Below are positions 42,401-54,349 of a DNA stretch of 64,000 nt, one piece after another. The stretch lies in contig OZ024740.1 in the NCBI GenBank assembly GCA_964016885.1, positions 230,454,001 to 230,518,000 on the forward strand. The letters run 5' to 3'. The stretch's first letter is position 1; every line of letters starts with the position of its first letter. The stretch is from Eledone cirrhosa. Its lineage: Eukaryota. Position numbers and translations under genes: made by a program. Under the pieces are notes generated by a model that searched no databases, was not told the origin of the DNA, and saw only the letters and a list, made by a program, of their open reading frames with translations.

Positions 42401-42690
42401 TCATACCATCGTCGTAATCATCATCTTCATACCATTGTCGTAATCATCATCATCTTCATACCATCGTCGTAATCATCATCATCTTCATACCATCGCCGTC
42501 ATCATCATCTTCATACCATCGTCGTAATCATCATCATCTTCATACCATCGTCGTAATCATCATTATCTTCATACCATCGTCGTAATCATCATCATCTTCA
42601 TACCATCGTCGTAATCATCATCATCTTCATACCATTGTCGTAATCATCATCATCACCATACCATCGTCGTAATCATCATCATCACCATCA
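36440..42690. repeat. (CAT)n-derived satellite; main 26-bp unit (29-bp variant), >200 units from ~36835
   Basis: Unit CATACCATCGTCGTCATCATCATCTT. Confidence 0.97.
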
Positions 42691-42819
42691 TCTTCTCCTC
42701 TCCCCTTCATCGTTCACATCATCTTTACATTCAGTTTGGCTTATCTAATTACAACTTTTAGTTTCGCTGATTATGCCATTCTCGCCTGCCCCCACACCTC
42801 TCAAACTCTAACACACATT

Positions 42820-43369
42820 ACCATCTCCACTAACACCACCACCATCATCGTCACCAGTACACCACCACCACCACCTCCATCATCGTCACCAGTACACCAC
42901 CACCACCACCTCCATCATCGTCACCAGTACACCACCACAATCTACACCATCATCGTCACCAGTACCTACACTACCACAATCTACACCACCACCACCATCA
43001 TCTCCACCTCCACCATCACCATCACCATTATCAACACCACCACCACCTACACCACTATCACCACCACTCCTCCGCTATCACCACTACCACCACCACCACC
43101 ATTATCTCCACCACGATTATCATCACCACCACCATCACCACTACCACCATCACCAACATCACTACCATCATCTCCACCACCACCACCTACACCACTACCA
43201 TCTACATCTCCGCCAGCATTACCATCATCACTACCACCACCACCGCTACTACCTCCACACCACCATCATCCCCCATTACCCCACCACCACCACCTCCACC
43301 ACTATTACCACCATCACCACCTCCACCATCACCGCTTCCACAAACACAACCACCACCACCACCACCACC

Positions 43370-43449
<80 letters not shown>

Positions 43450-43492
43450 CTCGACGACGACAACGACAACGACAACAACGACAACAACAACA
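42820..43492. repeat. (ACC)n/(CAA)n low complexity
   Basis: Directly visible. Confidence 0.9.
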
Positions 43493-43574
43493 ATATATGT
43501 CCCAGCTCTTTGTGTTCGGAGTTCAAATCTCGATGACTCTTGGATAACTTTCTGCAGTTCTTTCGTCATTATTA

Positions 43575-43725
43575 CATTTGCGGCATAGAGTTACAGCCCT
43601 ATACGTTCTGACTTCAAATCCCATCGAGTTTAGCTTTGCCTTTCATCCTTACGGGGTCGATAAAATAAAGTACCAGTAATGCACTGGGGTAATTGCTGGC
43701 CTTGTGCCAAAAATAGAAACAATTA
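43575..43725 (+). mobile_element. tRNA SINE, partial
   Basis: TTTGCCTTTCATCCTTACGGGGTCGATAAAATAAAGTACCAG core. Confidence 0.8.
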
Positions 43726-45685
43726 TTGCAAGCATTTGGTCCAATTCTCTTGTTTGAGATTAGGATGTTGAACTCACGATCATAAATAAGGTCGCGAATT
43801 CGATTCCTGGACTTGGCGGTGGTTGTGTTCTTAAGCAAAATCTTTTATTTCACCTTGACCCTTCTGCCAGGATTTGCAACAAGAAGATAATGTCAGCAAT
43901 GGAAAAAACCAATTGAAACAGTGTTTGCTTGGTTCCCGTCTTTTGTTAAGGGTTGCGACCAACAGATATCACCAATAGAAAAAAAAAACGATGGAAACAG
44001 AGTTTCCTTGGCCCAGTCTGACGATCAGCTCCTTTCTTGTGTTAAGTGTTGCGAGAGACAGATAATATCAGTAATGGAAAAAAAAAAACAATGGAAACAT
44101 TGTTCCCTTGGCCCGCTCTGTTGATCGTCTCCCTCCCCCTTTTCTTCCTAACATCCCTAGATAATAGGTAATGCTTTCCTTTTCTGACTAAACAGTAGAA
44201 AACTAACATCACAACCAGGAGCTTGTTCAATCCGTTAGAAATAACAGCCTAATCTCCCTCAAATACATTAGATAATATGATCCAAGATGTTTTTATACAG
44301 GGAACCGACGGGATGATCATGAACGAAATACTTTTTGACCATACAGATCTACTGAGCTGGAGTTAAACAATATAACTACAATTAGCCACCAACGGTGGAG
44401 CTTGTACGAAGTTACTTGACATGCTAGAAACAGCAGCTAAATCAGACACAACTGTCGTAAAGGAAATTGAAAGATACACATTAGATAATGTAGTCTCAAA
44501 CACCTTTAAAATAAGTGAGATGGTCATTGCTTGGATTCCTTTGATTATAACTCTATTCAGTCAACGCTAATTTGATCTAATACGAGCAAACGAATCTTAT
44601 ATGGTCGCTCAACTTGCTAGAAATAGTAGTCAAATCACCTTCAAATCACCCCCTTTTCCATCTTAAAAGTGCAAGGGCACGTTATGTCTTTTGATCATAG
44701 GCTTTCTCGATCAAGGTAGACCTTTAGCTAAACGCCAACAACACCAACAACAACAACAACTACAACAACAATATCAACAACAACAATATCATCATCAACA
44801 ACAACAATTAATTACACCAGAGGCACAAGCCCATAAATTTTAGGATTGATTGGTCGTTTAAATCGACTCCAGTACATCCCGTGAGCCGAACGCCCTAACC
44901 ATTCAGCTACGCACCTTCATACTCAGAAGGGAAATAGCCGAGGGCTTTGGTTGGGAGCCCCTAGTCAAAATAATCAGGGCTGAGCTGGGGTTAAAAAACA
45001 ACAACTCACAACCTACCCCAGCCCACATTGTTCTACACCACTACAACAACATCCTATACTACTGTCACCAACACTACAACAACCGCTTCCCACAACAATC
45101 ACTACCTCCACAACTCACCCTGCCTCGTAGCCCACATCCCGACTGATACGTCACTACCATCACTAGCCACCACAAACTCTACCATCACCATACCAGAAAC
45201 TTCTACCCACCATAACCAATACTACCCCTACCACAACTGATACTGACTCACCACCACCGCAACCAACACAAAAACAACCGCTACCCTCCACTACAACTAC
45301 CATCACCACTACAACCAACTCCCCACTCTCACTACTATCACCACCACCACTACCACTACCACAAAAACAACCCCATCTCTACCACTGCTATCCCCACCAC
45401 ATATCATCAAAACCAAACTCCACCACCACCACCACCACCACAACTACATACCACCAAAACCATCACCACCACCACCACCATACTATAATACGACCATCAC
45501 CACATACCCGCATCACCACTACCACAACTACCACCACCAACACCACCACATATTCCCCATCACCACCACCACCACCACTATACAGACGCTATACTGCCGC
45601 GGAGCGTCTCTGTTGAAATGTCTGCCAGAAAGAACAGTGCTTAATTAAACATGGCTGCCATATAACAATGGACTGAAGCACATTG

Positions 45686-45721
<36 letters not shown>

Positions 45722-46149
45722 ACACACAGACATACACACACAGACACACGTACACACACACAGATACATACATACATACATACACAAACACACATACACA
45801 CTCATACACACATATACACACACAGACACACATACACACATACACATACACACACACACAAACACACATACACACACATACACACACAGACACACAAACA
45901 GACATACACACACATACACAGACACACAGACACACACACAGTGAGACAATAAACACACACACCCAGACACAAACAGACATACACACACATACACAGACAC
46001 ACACACATACACACAAAATATAATTTTGGCTGGTGTGGGTTGAGGAAGTGGTGTTGTTAGTGGTGGTGGCGATTGGGGGGGGGGGCGTGGTGGTGCTTGG
46101 GGGAGGGAGTTGTGGGGGAGGAGTGGGTGATGAGAGCAGCGGCGCCTAT

Positions 46150-49100
46150 GGTGGTGGTGGTTGTGGTGGTGGTAGTGGTATTAAAGATGTAGCTGTTGTT
46201 GTTGTTTGTGGTAGGTGTAGTGGTGGTAGTGGTTGTGGTGGTGGTAGTGGTATTAAAGATGTAGCTGTTGTTGTTGTTTGTGGTAGGTGTAGTGGTGGTG
46301 GTGGTGGTAGTGGTGGTGGTATTAAAGGTGTAGCTGTTGTTGTTGTTTGTGGTAGGTGTAGTGGTAGTGGTGGTGGTGGTGGTGGTGGTGGTGGTGGTGG
46401 TGGTAGTGGTATTAAAGATGTAGCTGTTGTTGTTGTTTGTGGTAGGTGTAGTGGTGGTGGTGGTGGTGGTGGTGGTGGTGGTGGTGGTATTAAAGATGTA
46501 GCTGTTGTTGTTGTTTGTGGTAGGTGTAGTGGTAGTGGTGGTAGTGGTGGTGGTGGTGGTTGTGGTGGTGGTAGTGGTATTAAAGGTGTAGCTGTTGTTG
46601 TTGTTTGTGGTAGGTGTAGTGGTGGTGGTGGTGGTGGTGGTGGTTGTGGTGGTGGTAGTGGTATTAAAGATGTAGCTGTTGTTGTTGTTTGTGGTAGGTG
46701 TAGTGGTGGTGGTGGTGGTGGTGGTGGTTGTGGTGGTGGTAGTGGTATTAAAGGTGTAGCTGTTGTTGTTGTTTGTGGTAGGTGTAGTGGTGGTAGTGGT
46801 GGTGGTGGTGGTGGTTGTGGTGGTGGTAGTGGTATTAAAGGTGTAGCTGTTGTTGTTGTTTGTGGTAGGTGTAGTGGTGGTAGTGGTTGTGGTGGTGGTA
46901 GTGGTATTAAAGATGTAGCTGTTGTTGTTGTTTGTGGTAGGTGTAGTGGTGGTGGTGGTGGTGGTGGTGGTTGTGGTGGTGGTAGTGGTATTAAAGGTGT
47001 AGCTGTTGTTGTTGTTTGTGGTAGGTGTAGTGGTGGTAGTGGTGGTGGTGGTGGTGGTGGTGGTGGTTGTGGTGGTGGTAGTGGTATTAAAGGTGTAGCT
47101 GTTGTTGTTGTTTGTGGTAGGTGTAGTGGTGGTAGTGGTGGTGGTGGTGGTGGTTGTGGTGGTGGTAGTGGTATTAAAGGTGTAGCTGTTGTTGTTGTTT
47201 GTGGTAGGTGTAGTGGTGGTGGTGGTGGTGGTGGTGGTTGTGGTGGTGGTAGTGGTATTAAAGGTGTAGCTGTTGTTGTTGTTTGTGGTAGGTGTAGTGG
47301 TGATAGTGGTTGTGGTGGTGGTAGTGGTATTAAAGATGTAGCTGTTGTTGTTTGTGGTAGGTGTAGTGGTGGTGGTGGTGGTGGTGGTGGTGGTTGTGGT
47401 GGTGGTAGTGGTATTAAAGGTGTAGCTGTTGTTGTTGTTTGTGGTAGGTGTAGTGGTGGTAGTGGTGGTGGTGGTGGTTGTGGTGGTGGTAGTGGTATTA
47501 AAGGTGTAGCTGTTGTTGTTGTTTGTGGTAGGTGTAGTGGTGGTGGTGGTGGTGGTGGTGGTTGTGGTGGTGGTAGTGGTATTAAAGATGTAGCTGTTGT
47601 TGTTGTTTGTGGTAGGTGTAGTGGTGGTGGTGGTTGGTGGTGGTGGTGGTGGTGGTGGTTGTGGTGGTGGTAGTGGTATTAAAGGTGTAGCTGTTGTTGT
47701 TGTTTGTGGTAGGTGTAGTGGTGGTGGTGGTTGGTGGTGGTGGTGGTGGTGGTGGTTGTGGTGGTGGTAGTGGTATTAAAGGTGTAGCTGTTGTTGTTGT
47801 TTGTGGTAGGTGTAGTGGTGGTAGTGGTGGTGGTGGTTGTGGTGGTGGTAGTGGTATTAAAGGTGTAGCTGTTGTTGTTGTTTGTGGTAGGTGTAGTGGT
47901 GGTGGTGGTGGTGGTGGTGGTTGTGGTGGTGGTAGTGGTATTAAAGGTGTAGCTGTTGTTGTTGTTTGTGGTAGGTGTAGTGGTGGTGGTGGTGGTGGTG
48001 GTGGTTGTGGTGGTGGTAGTGGTATTAAAGGTGTAGCTGTTGTTGTTGTTTGTGGTAGGTGTAGTGGTGGTAGTGGTTGTGGTGGTGGTAGTGGTATTAA
48101 AGATGTAGCTGTTGTTGTTGTTTGTGGTAGGTGTAGTGGTGGTGGTGGTGGTGGTGGTGGTTGTGGTGGTGGTAGTGGTATTAAAGGTGTAGCTGTTGTT
48201 GTTGTTTGTGGTAGGTGTAGTGGTAGTGGTGGTGGTGGTAGTGGTATTAAAGGTGTAGTTGTTGTTGTTGTTTGTGGTAGGTGTAGTGGTGGTAGTGGTG
48301 GTGGTAGTGGTGGTGGTGGTGGTGGTGGTATTAAAGGTGTAGTTGTTGTTGTTGTTTGTGGTAGGTGTAGTGGTGGTGGTGGTGGTGGTGGTAGTGGTGG
48401 TGGTATTAAAGGTGTAGCTGTTGTTGTTGTTTGTGGTAGGTGTAGTGGTGGTAGTGGTGGTGGTAGTGGTGGTATTAAAGATGTAGTTGTTGTTGTTGTT
48501 TGTGGTAGGTGTAGTGGTGGTGGTGGTGGTAGTGGTGGTGGTATTAAAGGTGTAGCTGTTGTTGTTGTTTGTGGTAGGTGTAGTGGTGGTGGTGGTGGTG
48601 GTGGTGGTGGTGGCCGTGGTGGTATTAAAGGTGTAGCTGTTGTTGTTGTTTGTGGTAGGTGTAGTGGTGGTGGTGGTGGTGGTGGTGGTGGTGGTGGCCG
48701 TGGTGGTATTAAAGGTGTAGCTGTTGTTGTTGTTTGTGGTGGTGTAGTGGTGGTGGTGGTGGTGGTGGTGGTGGTGGCCGTGGTGGTGGTGGTGGTGGTG
48801 GCCGTGGTGGTATTAAAGATGTAGTTGTTGTTGTTGTTTGTGGTAGGTGTAGTGGTGGTGGTGGTGGTGGTGGTGGTGGTGGTGGTGGTGGTGGTATTAA
48901 AGATGTAGCTGTTGTTGTTGTTTGCGGTAGGTGTAGTGGTGGTGGTGGTGGTGGTGGTGGCCGTGGTGGTATTAAAGATGTAGTTGTTGTTGTTGTTTGT
49001 GGTAGGTGTAGTGGTGATGGTGGTGGTGGTGGTGGTGGTGGTGGTGGTGGTGGTATTAAAGATGTAGCTGTTGTTGTTGTTTGCGGTAGGTGTAGTGGTG

Positions 49101-50090
49101 GTGGTGGTGGTGGTGGTGGCCGTGGTGGTATTAAAGGTGTAGCTGTTGTTGTTGTTTGTGGTGGTGTAGTGGTGGTGGTGGTAGTGGTGGTGGTGGCCGT
49201 GGTGGTGGTGGTGGTGGTGGTGGTGGTGGTGGTGGCCGTGGTGGTGGTGGTGGTGGTGGTGGTGGTGGTGGCCGTGGTGGTATTAAAGATGTAGCTGTTG
49301 TTGTTGTTTGTGGTAGGTGTAGTGGTGGTGGTGGTGGTGGTGGTGGTATTAAAGGTGTAGCTGTTGTTGTTGTTGTTTGTGGTAGGTGTAGTGGTGGTGG
49401 TGGTGGTGGTGGCGGTGGTGGTGGCCGTGGTGGTGGTGGTGGTGGTATTAAAGATGTAGCTGTTGTTGTTGTTTGTGGTAGGTGTAGTGGTGGTGGCGGT
49501 GGTGGTATTAAAGGTGTAGCTGTTGTTGTTGTTTGTGGTAGGTGTAGTGGTGGTGGTGGTGGTGGTGGTGGTGGTGGTGGTGGTGGTGGTAGTGGTGGTG
49601 GTGGTGGTGGTGGTGGTGTTGGTGGTGGTGGTATTAAAGGTGTAGTTGTTGGTGGTGGTGGTGGTGGTGGTATTAAAGGTGTAGCTGTTGTTGTTGTTTG
49701 TGGTAGGTGTAGTGGTGGTGGTGGTGGTGGTAGTGGTGGTTGTGGTGGTAGTGGTGGTGGTGGTGGTGGTGGTGGTAGTGGTAGGTGTAGTGGTGGTAGT
49801 GGTGGTGGTGGTGGTGGTGGTGGTGGTAGTGGTGGTGGTAGTGGTGGTGGTATTAAAGGTGTAGCTGTTGTTGTTGTTTGTGGTAGGTGTAGTGGTGGTG
49901 GTGGTGGTGGTAGTGGTGGTGGTGGTGGTGGTAGTGGTGGTTGTGGTGGTGGTGGTGGTAGTGGTGGTGGTAGTGGTGGTGGTATTAAAGGTGTAGCTGT
50001 TGTTGTTGTTTGTGGTAGGTGTAGTGGTGGTGGTGGTGGTGGTAGTGGTGGTTGTGGTGGTAGTGGTGGTGGTGGTGGTGGTGGTGGTGT
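46150..50090. repeat. G-rich minisatellite: constant ~45-bp core plus variable (GGT)n
   Basis: Core GGTATTAAAG(G/A)TGTAGCTGTTGTTGTTGTTTGTGGTAGGTGTAGT. Confidence 0.96.
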
Positions 50091-50369
50091 TTACTATGTC
50101 GTGCGACCATAGACAACAGACCGCCTAAAGTGATTCCATTCTTCTCGTCTACACCCCCTCCCCACCGACCCAACCCTCTCCTGTGTTATCACACATACTC
50201 CCCCCACTACCACCACCACCTCCACCACCACCACACTCACATCATTGATATGATCGTCGTTGTCATCATCATCATCATCATACTTCTTTGTTATCATCCT
50301 CATCATCTTTTTTTTTGTTCTTTGTCAATATCTGTTTCATCATCATCATCATCATCATCATCAACATCG

Positions 50370-50405
<36 letters not shown>

Positions 50406-50567
50406 ACATCGTCATCATCAATATCATCATCTTCATCATGATCATCATCATCATCAACATCATCAGCAGCAGCAGCATCCCCCTAACCATATCCATCCTC
50501 CTCCTCATCATCATATCTATCATCGCCATCATCATCACCATCATCATCATAATCATCATCATCATCA

Positions 50568-50672
50568 TAATTGTTTCTACTTTTGGCACAAGGCGGCCAG
50601 CAAATTACCCCAGTGCATTACTGGTACTTTATTTTATCGACCCCGTAAGGATGAAAGGCAAAGTTAACCTCA
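50568..50672 (-). mobile_element. tRNA SINE 3' part within (CAT)n
   Basis: Same SINE core. Confidence 0.8.
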
Positions 50673-50937
50673 TCATAATCATCATCATCATCATCATCGT
50701 CATCATCATCAACATAATTACCGTCACCATAACCATAACCATCATCAGTCTTCGTCCCAATCATCAACACCATCATCATCATCATCACCATTATCATCAT
50801 CATCAACATTATCATCATCAACACCATTATCATCATCATCAACATTATCATCATCATCACCATTATCATCATCATCAACATTATCATCATCATCATCACC
50901 ATTTTTATAATCATTGTTATTTGGTTGTACATGACAG

Positions 50938-51015
50938 AAAGTCCTAGAAGCAGGGAATGAATTTCTCTTTTGGCGAAGACCTCATCGACGATTTCAAGTT
51001 CACATGGAAAACAAT
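50938..51015 (+). other. Candidate internal exon (KVLEAGNEFLFWRRPHRRFQVHMENN)
   Basis: Unique-looking island with CAG| acceptor and |GTAAGG donor, 78 nt; no homologue recognised. Confidence 0.25.
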
Positions 51016-51185
51016 GTAAGGATTAGGAGAGATATGCTGACATTCAGAGAATGTAGAAACAAAGAGAGTCGTTAGAGAGTGGAGCAAAATGCCTTGCGGT
51101 ATTTGTTCAGGTTCTCCGCAATCTGGATTCAAATCTCACCGAGGTTAGGCTATCATTTCTTTAAATCCTTTTAATGTCGATGAAA

Positions 51186-51570
51186 TAATTGTTTCTACTT
51201 TTGGCACAAGGCCAGCAATTACTCCAGTACATTACTGGTACTTTATTTTATCGACCCCGTAAGGATGAAAGACAAAGTTAACCTCAGTGGGATTTGAACT
51301 CAGATCATAGAGGGGCGTAACTCTATGCTACAAAGCATGGCATCCGGCGCTTTACCGATACTGCAAATAACTATAATAATTGTTTCTACTTTTGGCACAA
51401 GGCCAGCAATATCACCAGTACATTACTGGTACTTTATTTTATCGACCCCCGTAAGGATGAAAGGCAAAGTTGACCTCGGCGGGATTTGAACTCAGAATGG
51501 AAAGGGCCGTAACTCTATGCGTCAAACCATGACGTCCGACCCTCTACCGATACTGCCAATCCCCCGCCTA
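51186..51570 (-). mobile_element. Two tandem tRNA SINE copies (51186-51365, 51378-51570)
   Basis: Reverse complement of 51719-51909. Confidence 0.88.
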
Positions 51571-51718
51571 ATGTCGATGAAATAATGAACAACTCTACAG
51601 ACGGTGGACTGGTAGGTTTGTTAGAGCATTGGACGATACCTTGTAGTATTTAGTCTAACTCATTATATTCTGAGTTCAAATCCTGATGTAGCTTACTTCG
51701 GTCGTAGTAGGGCTTTAT

Positions 51719-51909
51719 AAGGGCGGTGGATTGGCAGTATCGGTAGAGGGTCGGACGCCATGCTTTCCAGCATAGTTACGTCCCTTTACAATCTGAGTTC
51801 AAATCCCGCCGAGGTTGACTTTGCCTTTCATCCTTACGGGGTCGATAAAATAAAGTACCAGTAATGCACTGGGTAATTGCTGGCCTTGTGCCTAAAGTAG
51901 AAACAATTA
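51719..51909 (+). mobile_element. Full-length tRNA-derived SINE
   Basis: A box TGGCAGTATCGG, B box GAGTTCAAATCC, 3' end TAGAAACAATTA; ~10 copies in the window. Confidence 0.9.
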
Positions 51910-51952
51910 TCTTTGTTATGAAATCTTTATTATGGATATCCATAATAAAGAT

Positions 51953-52021
51953 TTCATCTGATGAGCGATATCAGACGTTTTTGTTAGAATCGTCTAACTT
52001 CGCGAAACCTTGGGTAATGGA
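51953..52021 (+). ncRNA. Canonical type I hammerhead ribozyme
   Basis: TTCAT-CTGATGA-GCGA...AGACG/CGTCT...TCGC-GAAA-CC-TTG-GG-TA-ATGGA; all core nucleotides canonical. Confidence 0.82.
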
Positions 52022-52146
52022 ATAATTATATTGTGTTGTTTATTACATAATTATATATGTGTGTGTGTGTGAGTGAGTGTGTGTGTGTGTGTGTGTGTGA
52101 GTGTGTGTGTGTATGTGTGTGTATGTGTGTGTGAGTGTGAGTGTGA

Positions 52147-52186
<40 letters not shown>

Positions 52187-52369
52187 GTGTGTACATATAT
52201 ATATATACATATTTGTTATCGTCCTCATCATCTTTTTTTTCCTTTTTCTTCTTTGTCATTATTTGTTTCGTCATCACCATGATCATCGTCATCGTCATCA
52301 TCATCAACATAATTATCGTCACTATCACCATAATCACCATAATCATCATCACAACCATCAACATTATCA

Positions 52370-52805
52370 TGCGGGTCCTGTCAGAAGCAACCGTTTCCAA
52401 CTGATCCGGTGGATCCCCAAGAGGGACCAGCCTAGCTGATAGATGTTATCCAACCATCTTGCTCAGAGTCAACCCCTTGGTTTTCTGCCAGTTGGTTTTG
52501 CCCCTAAAATCTGTCCAGCGATTTTTTCCTGGGGTATTCTAACCATATACCCATAGTACCGGAGCTGTGATATCTCAAATCGGAGAAGCAGCGACCCTCT
52601 GATCTCCGAACTACGCTCTCCATTGAGTAACATTACTCCAAAGACTCTTCGAAGGAATCCCATTTCGGCTGCTTGTGTTCGCGACGATATTCTTTGGGTC
52701 ATTACTTAATGTTCATGACCATAGTTAAGGGTTGGTACAATTACTGAATTGAAGATAACGAGTTTGGCTTTTACACCTACCTCTCTTCTGATTACCGAAT
52801 GCTGA
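52370..52805 (-). mobile_element. RTE-clade LINE 3' fragment with (GAT)n-type tail
   Basis: KAKLVIFNSVIVPTLNYGHE...AAEMGFLRR...QLRYYGYMVRI...PTGRKPRG. Confidence 0.85.
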
Positions 52806-52808
52806 AGA

Positions 52809-52884
<76 letters not shown>

Positions 52885-52886
<2 letters not shown>

Positions 52887-53152
52887 CCAGGGATTTCTGG
52901 AAGTTGTCCATGGGCCCTGGTCCGAAAGTTCTCCCGAAGAGACGCCCAGAGTCTCTCCAAGGACGTCATCGCTCTTTCCCTCCACTAACCTCTATAGAAC
53001 GCCAAGGTGGAGTTTTCACCGATCGCAGCGCCCGACTGGTCGAGGGCTGTGAGGAGCGCCTGCAGACATTCCAGTCTCCAAACGCTTCCTCTCAGTCTTC
53101 GCTTGACTCAGGACTGCAGCTCTGTCAAGGAGACGAGCTGTGGAAAAACGTG
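52885..53152 (-). mobile_element. L1/Tx1-like ORF2 fragment
   Basis: RTFGPGPMDNFQKSLA is homologous to 54160-54210 of the neighbouring copy. Confidence 0.6.
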
Positions 53153-53154
53153 AG

Positions 53155-53412
53155 AATGATCAAGAAAGGAACAGAACAGTATTTGAAAAGGATCCCTGAT
53201 TTACCCTCTCTGCAAGAGGTGGAAAAAATTGTTTTAACTGGTACTGCATACGTATTGAGAAGAGCACTATTTCTCTGAAAATTGTAATCAATCTGGTGTT
53301 AACTGGCTTACCAATTTATACAGTGAGTTTATTTTCCCTAGGTGTCAGGAAAACACTCAGTATATATCAGAAACAATACTGAAGGAAAAGGAAAAACAAT
53401 AATGATAATAAT
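53155..53412 (+). mobile_element. R4/Dong-like LINE 3' end
   Basis: MIKKGTEQYLKRIPDLPSLQEVEKIVLTGTAYVLRRAL* resembles the C-terminus of restriction-like-endonuclease LINEs; (TAA)n-like tail. Confidence 0.65.
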
Positions 53413-53414
53413 GA

Positions 53415-54210
53415 TGTTTTCTTTATTTACCACAAAGGGTTTACATAAAAAATACATCAAGGACGGCACAGAACGGTATAATGTGGGTTTCTGCATGTAA
53501 AAATTAGTATAAAACAAAAACAAAGGATGTAACAAAAAATAGAAACAAAAGAAAATTTCCCAATAGGAGGAGACACCCGAGGGTTAGTCGTGGAGAAAGT
53601 CTATAAAAGCCACAGTCACAGTGACCGCTAGAGCAAGTACCATCTCCTAGGTGTCCTCCCTCAATCTACAGGCACACGCTCAGAGCAGGCCCATTCGCTC
53701 GGGCCATTCTCGCCTCTTTCACCCACCTTTCAACAAATTGCTTTGAAGGCAGCACTTCCTTCTCCACCCTGATTTTCCTCTTCAAGTGAAACCCGAAGAA
53801 GTTAATCAGGAGGTCGCCGAAAAGAAAAGTGCCCGTCTTCAGCCCTTTCAAACACGTCCATCATATGACCTGTTTCACCATGGCCACCAGAGAGACAAAA
53901 ACAGCCTGCCCTTCCTGGCTAAGGAAAGGCAGCGGGCGATTTTGATGATGAACTCTGTTAACAGCCGGATCTGTCCCGCACGTGACAGCAGGTGTTCGAG
54001 ATAAACCCACAAGCCAGTGAAACTCGGACACTGGACGAGTGCGTGCAGCACCGTTTCGTCGCCCTTCGCGCATCTCGAACATGCCCGGCTGACGGCACTT
54101 CCATGCTTGCTGAGCTTATCTCGGACCGGCAACCCTCCTCTGTAGGATTATCAGGTCAGAGATTTCTGGAAGTTATCTATAGACCCTGGACCGAGAGTCC
54201 TGCGCAATAG
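53415..54210 (-). mobile_element. L1/Tx1-like LINE 3' end with CCHC zinc knuckle
   Basis: LPVRDKL...CSRCAKGDETVLHALVQCP; T-rich 3' UTR ending AATAAAGAAAA. Confidence 0.82.
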
Positions 54211-54349
54211 AATGGAACATCAAGAAAGTAAAATCGAAACATAAGTTAATGGTTGGTTAGGATGGAAAGAGGGTGAACATCAAATGGAAGCGTTCCCTTT
54301 ATGAAGCTTTTGTCTAACGCTTTACTCATTCTACACAATACGATGAAAG

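Noticed and set aside
43384-43450. PolyQ-coding tract
   Set aside because: Pure (CAA)n in a low-complexity region with no exon evidence
46150-50090. Constant core with variable spacers, superficially like a CRISPR array
   Set aside because: The spacers are only (GGT)n length variants; there are no cas genes and the context is eukaryotic
51719-51810. Possible tRNA genes
   Set aside because: The A/B boxes belong to multi-copy SINE heads with no cloverleaf
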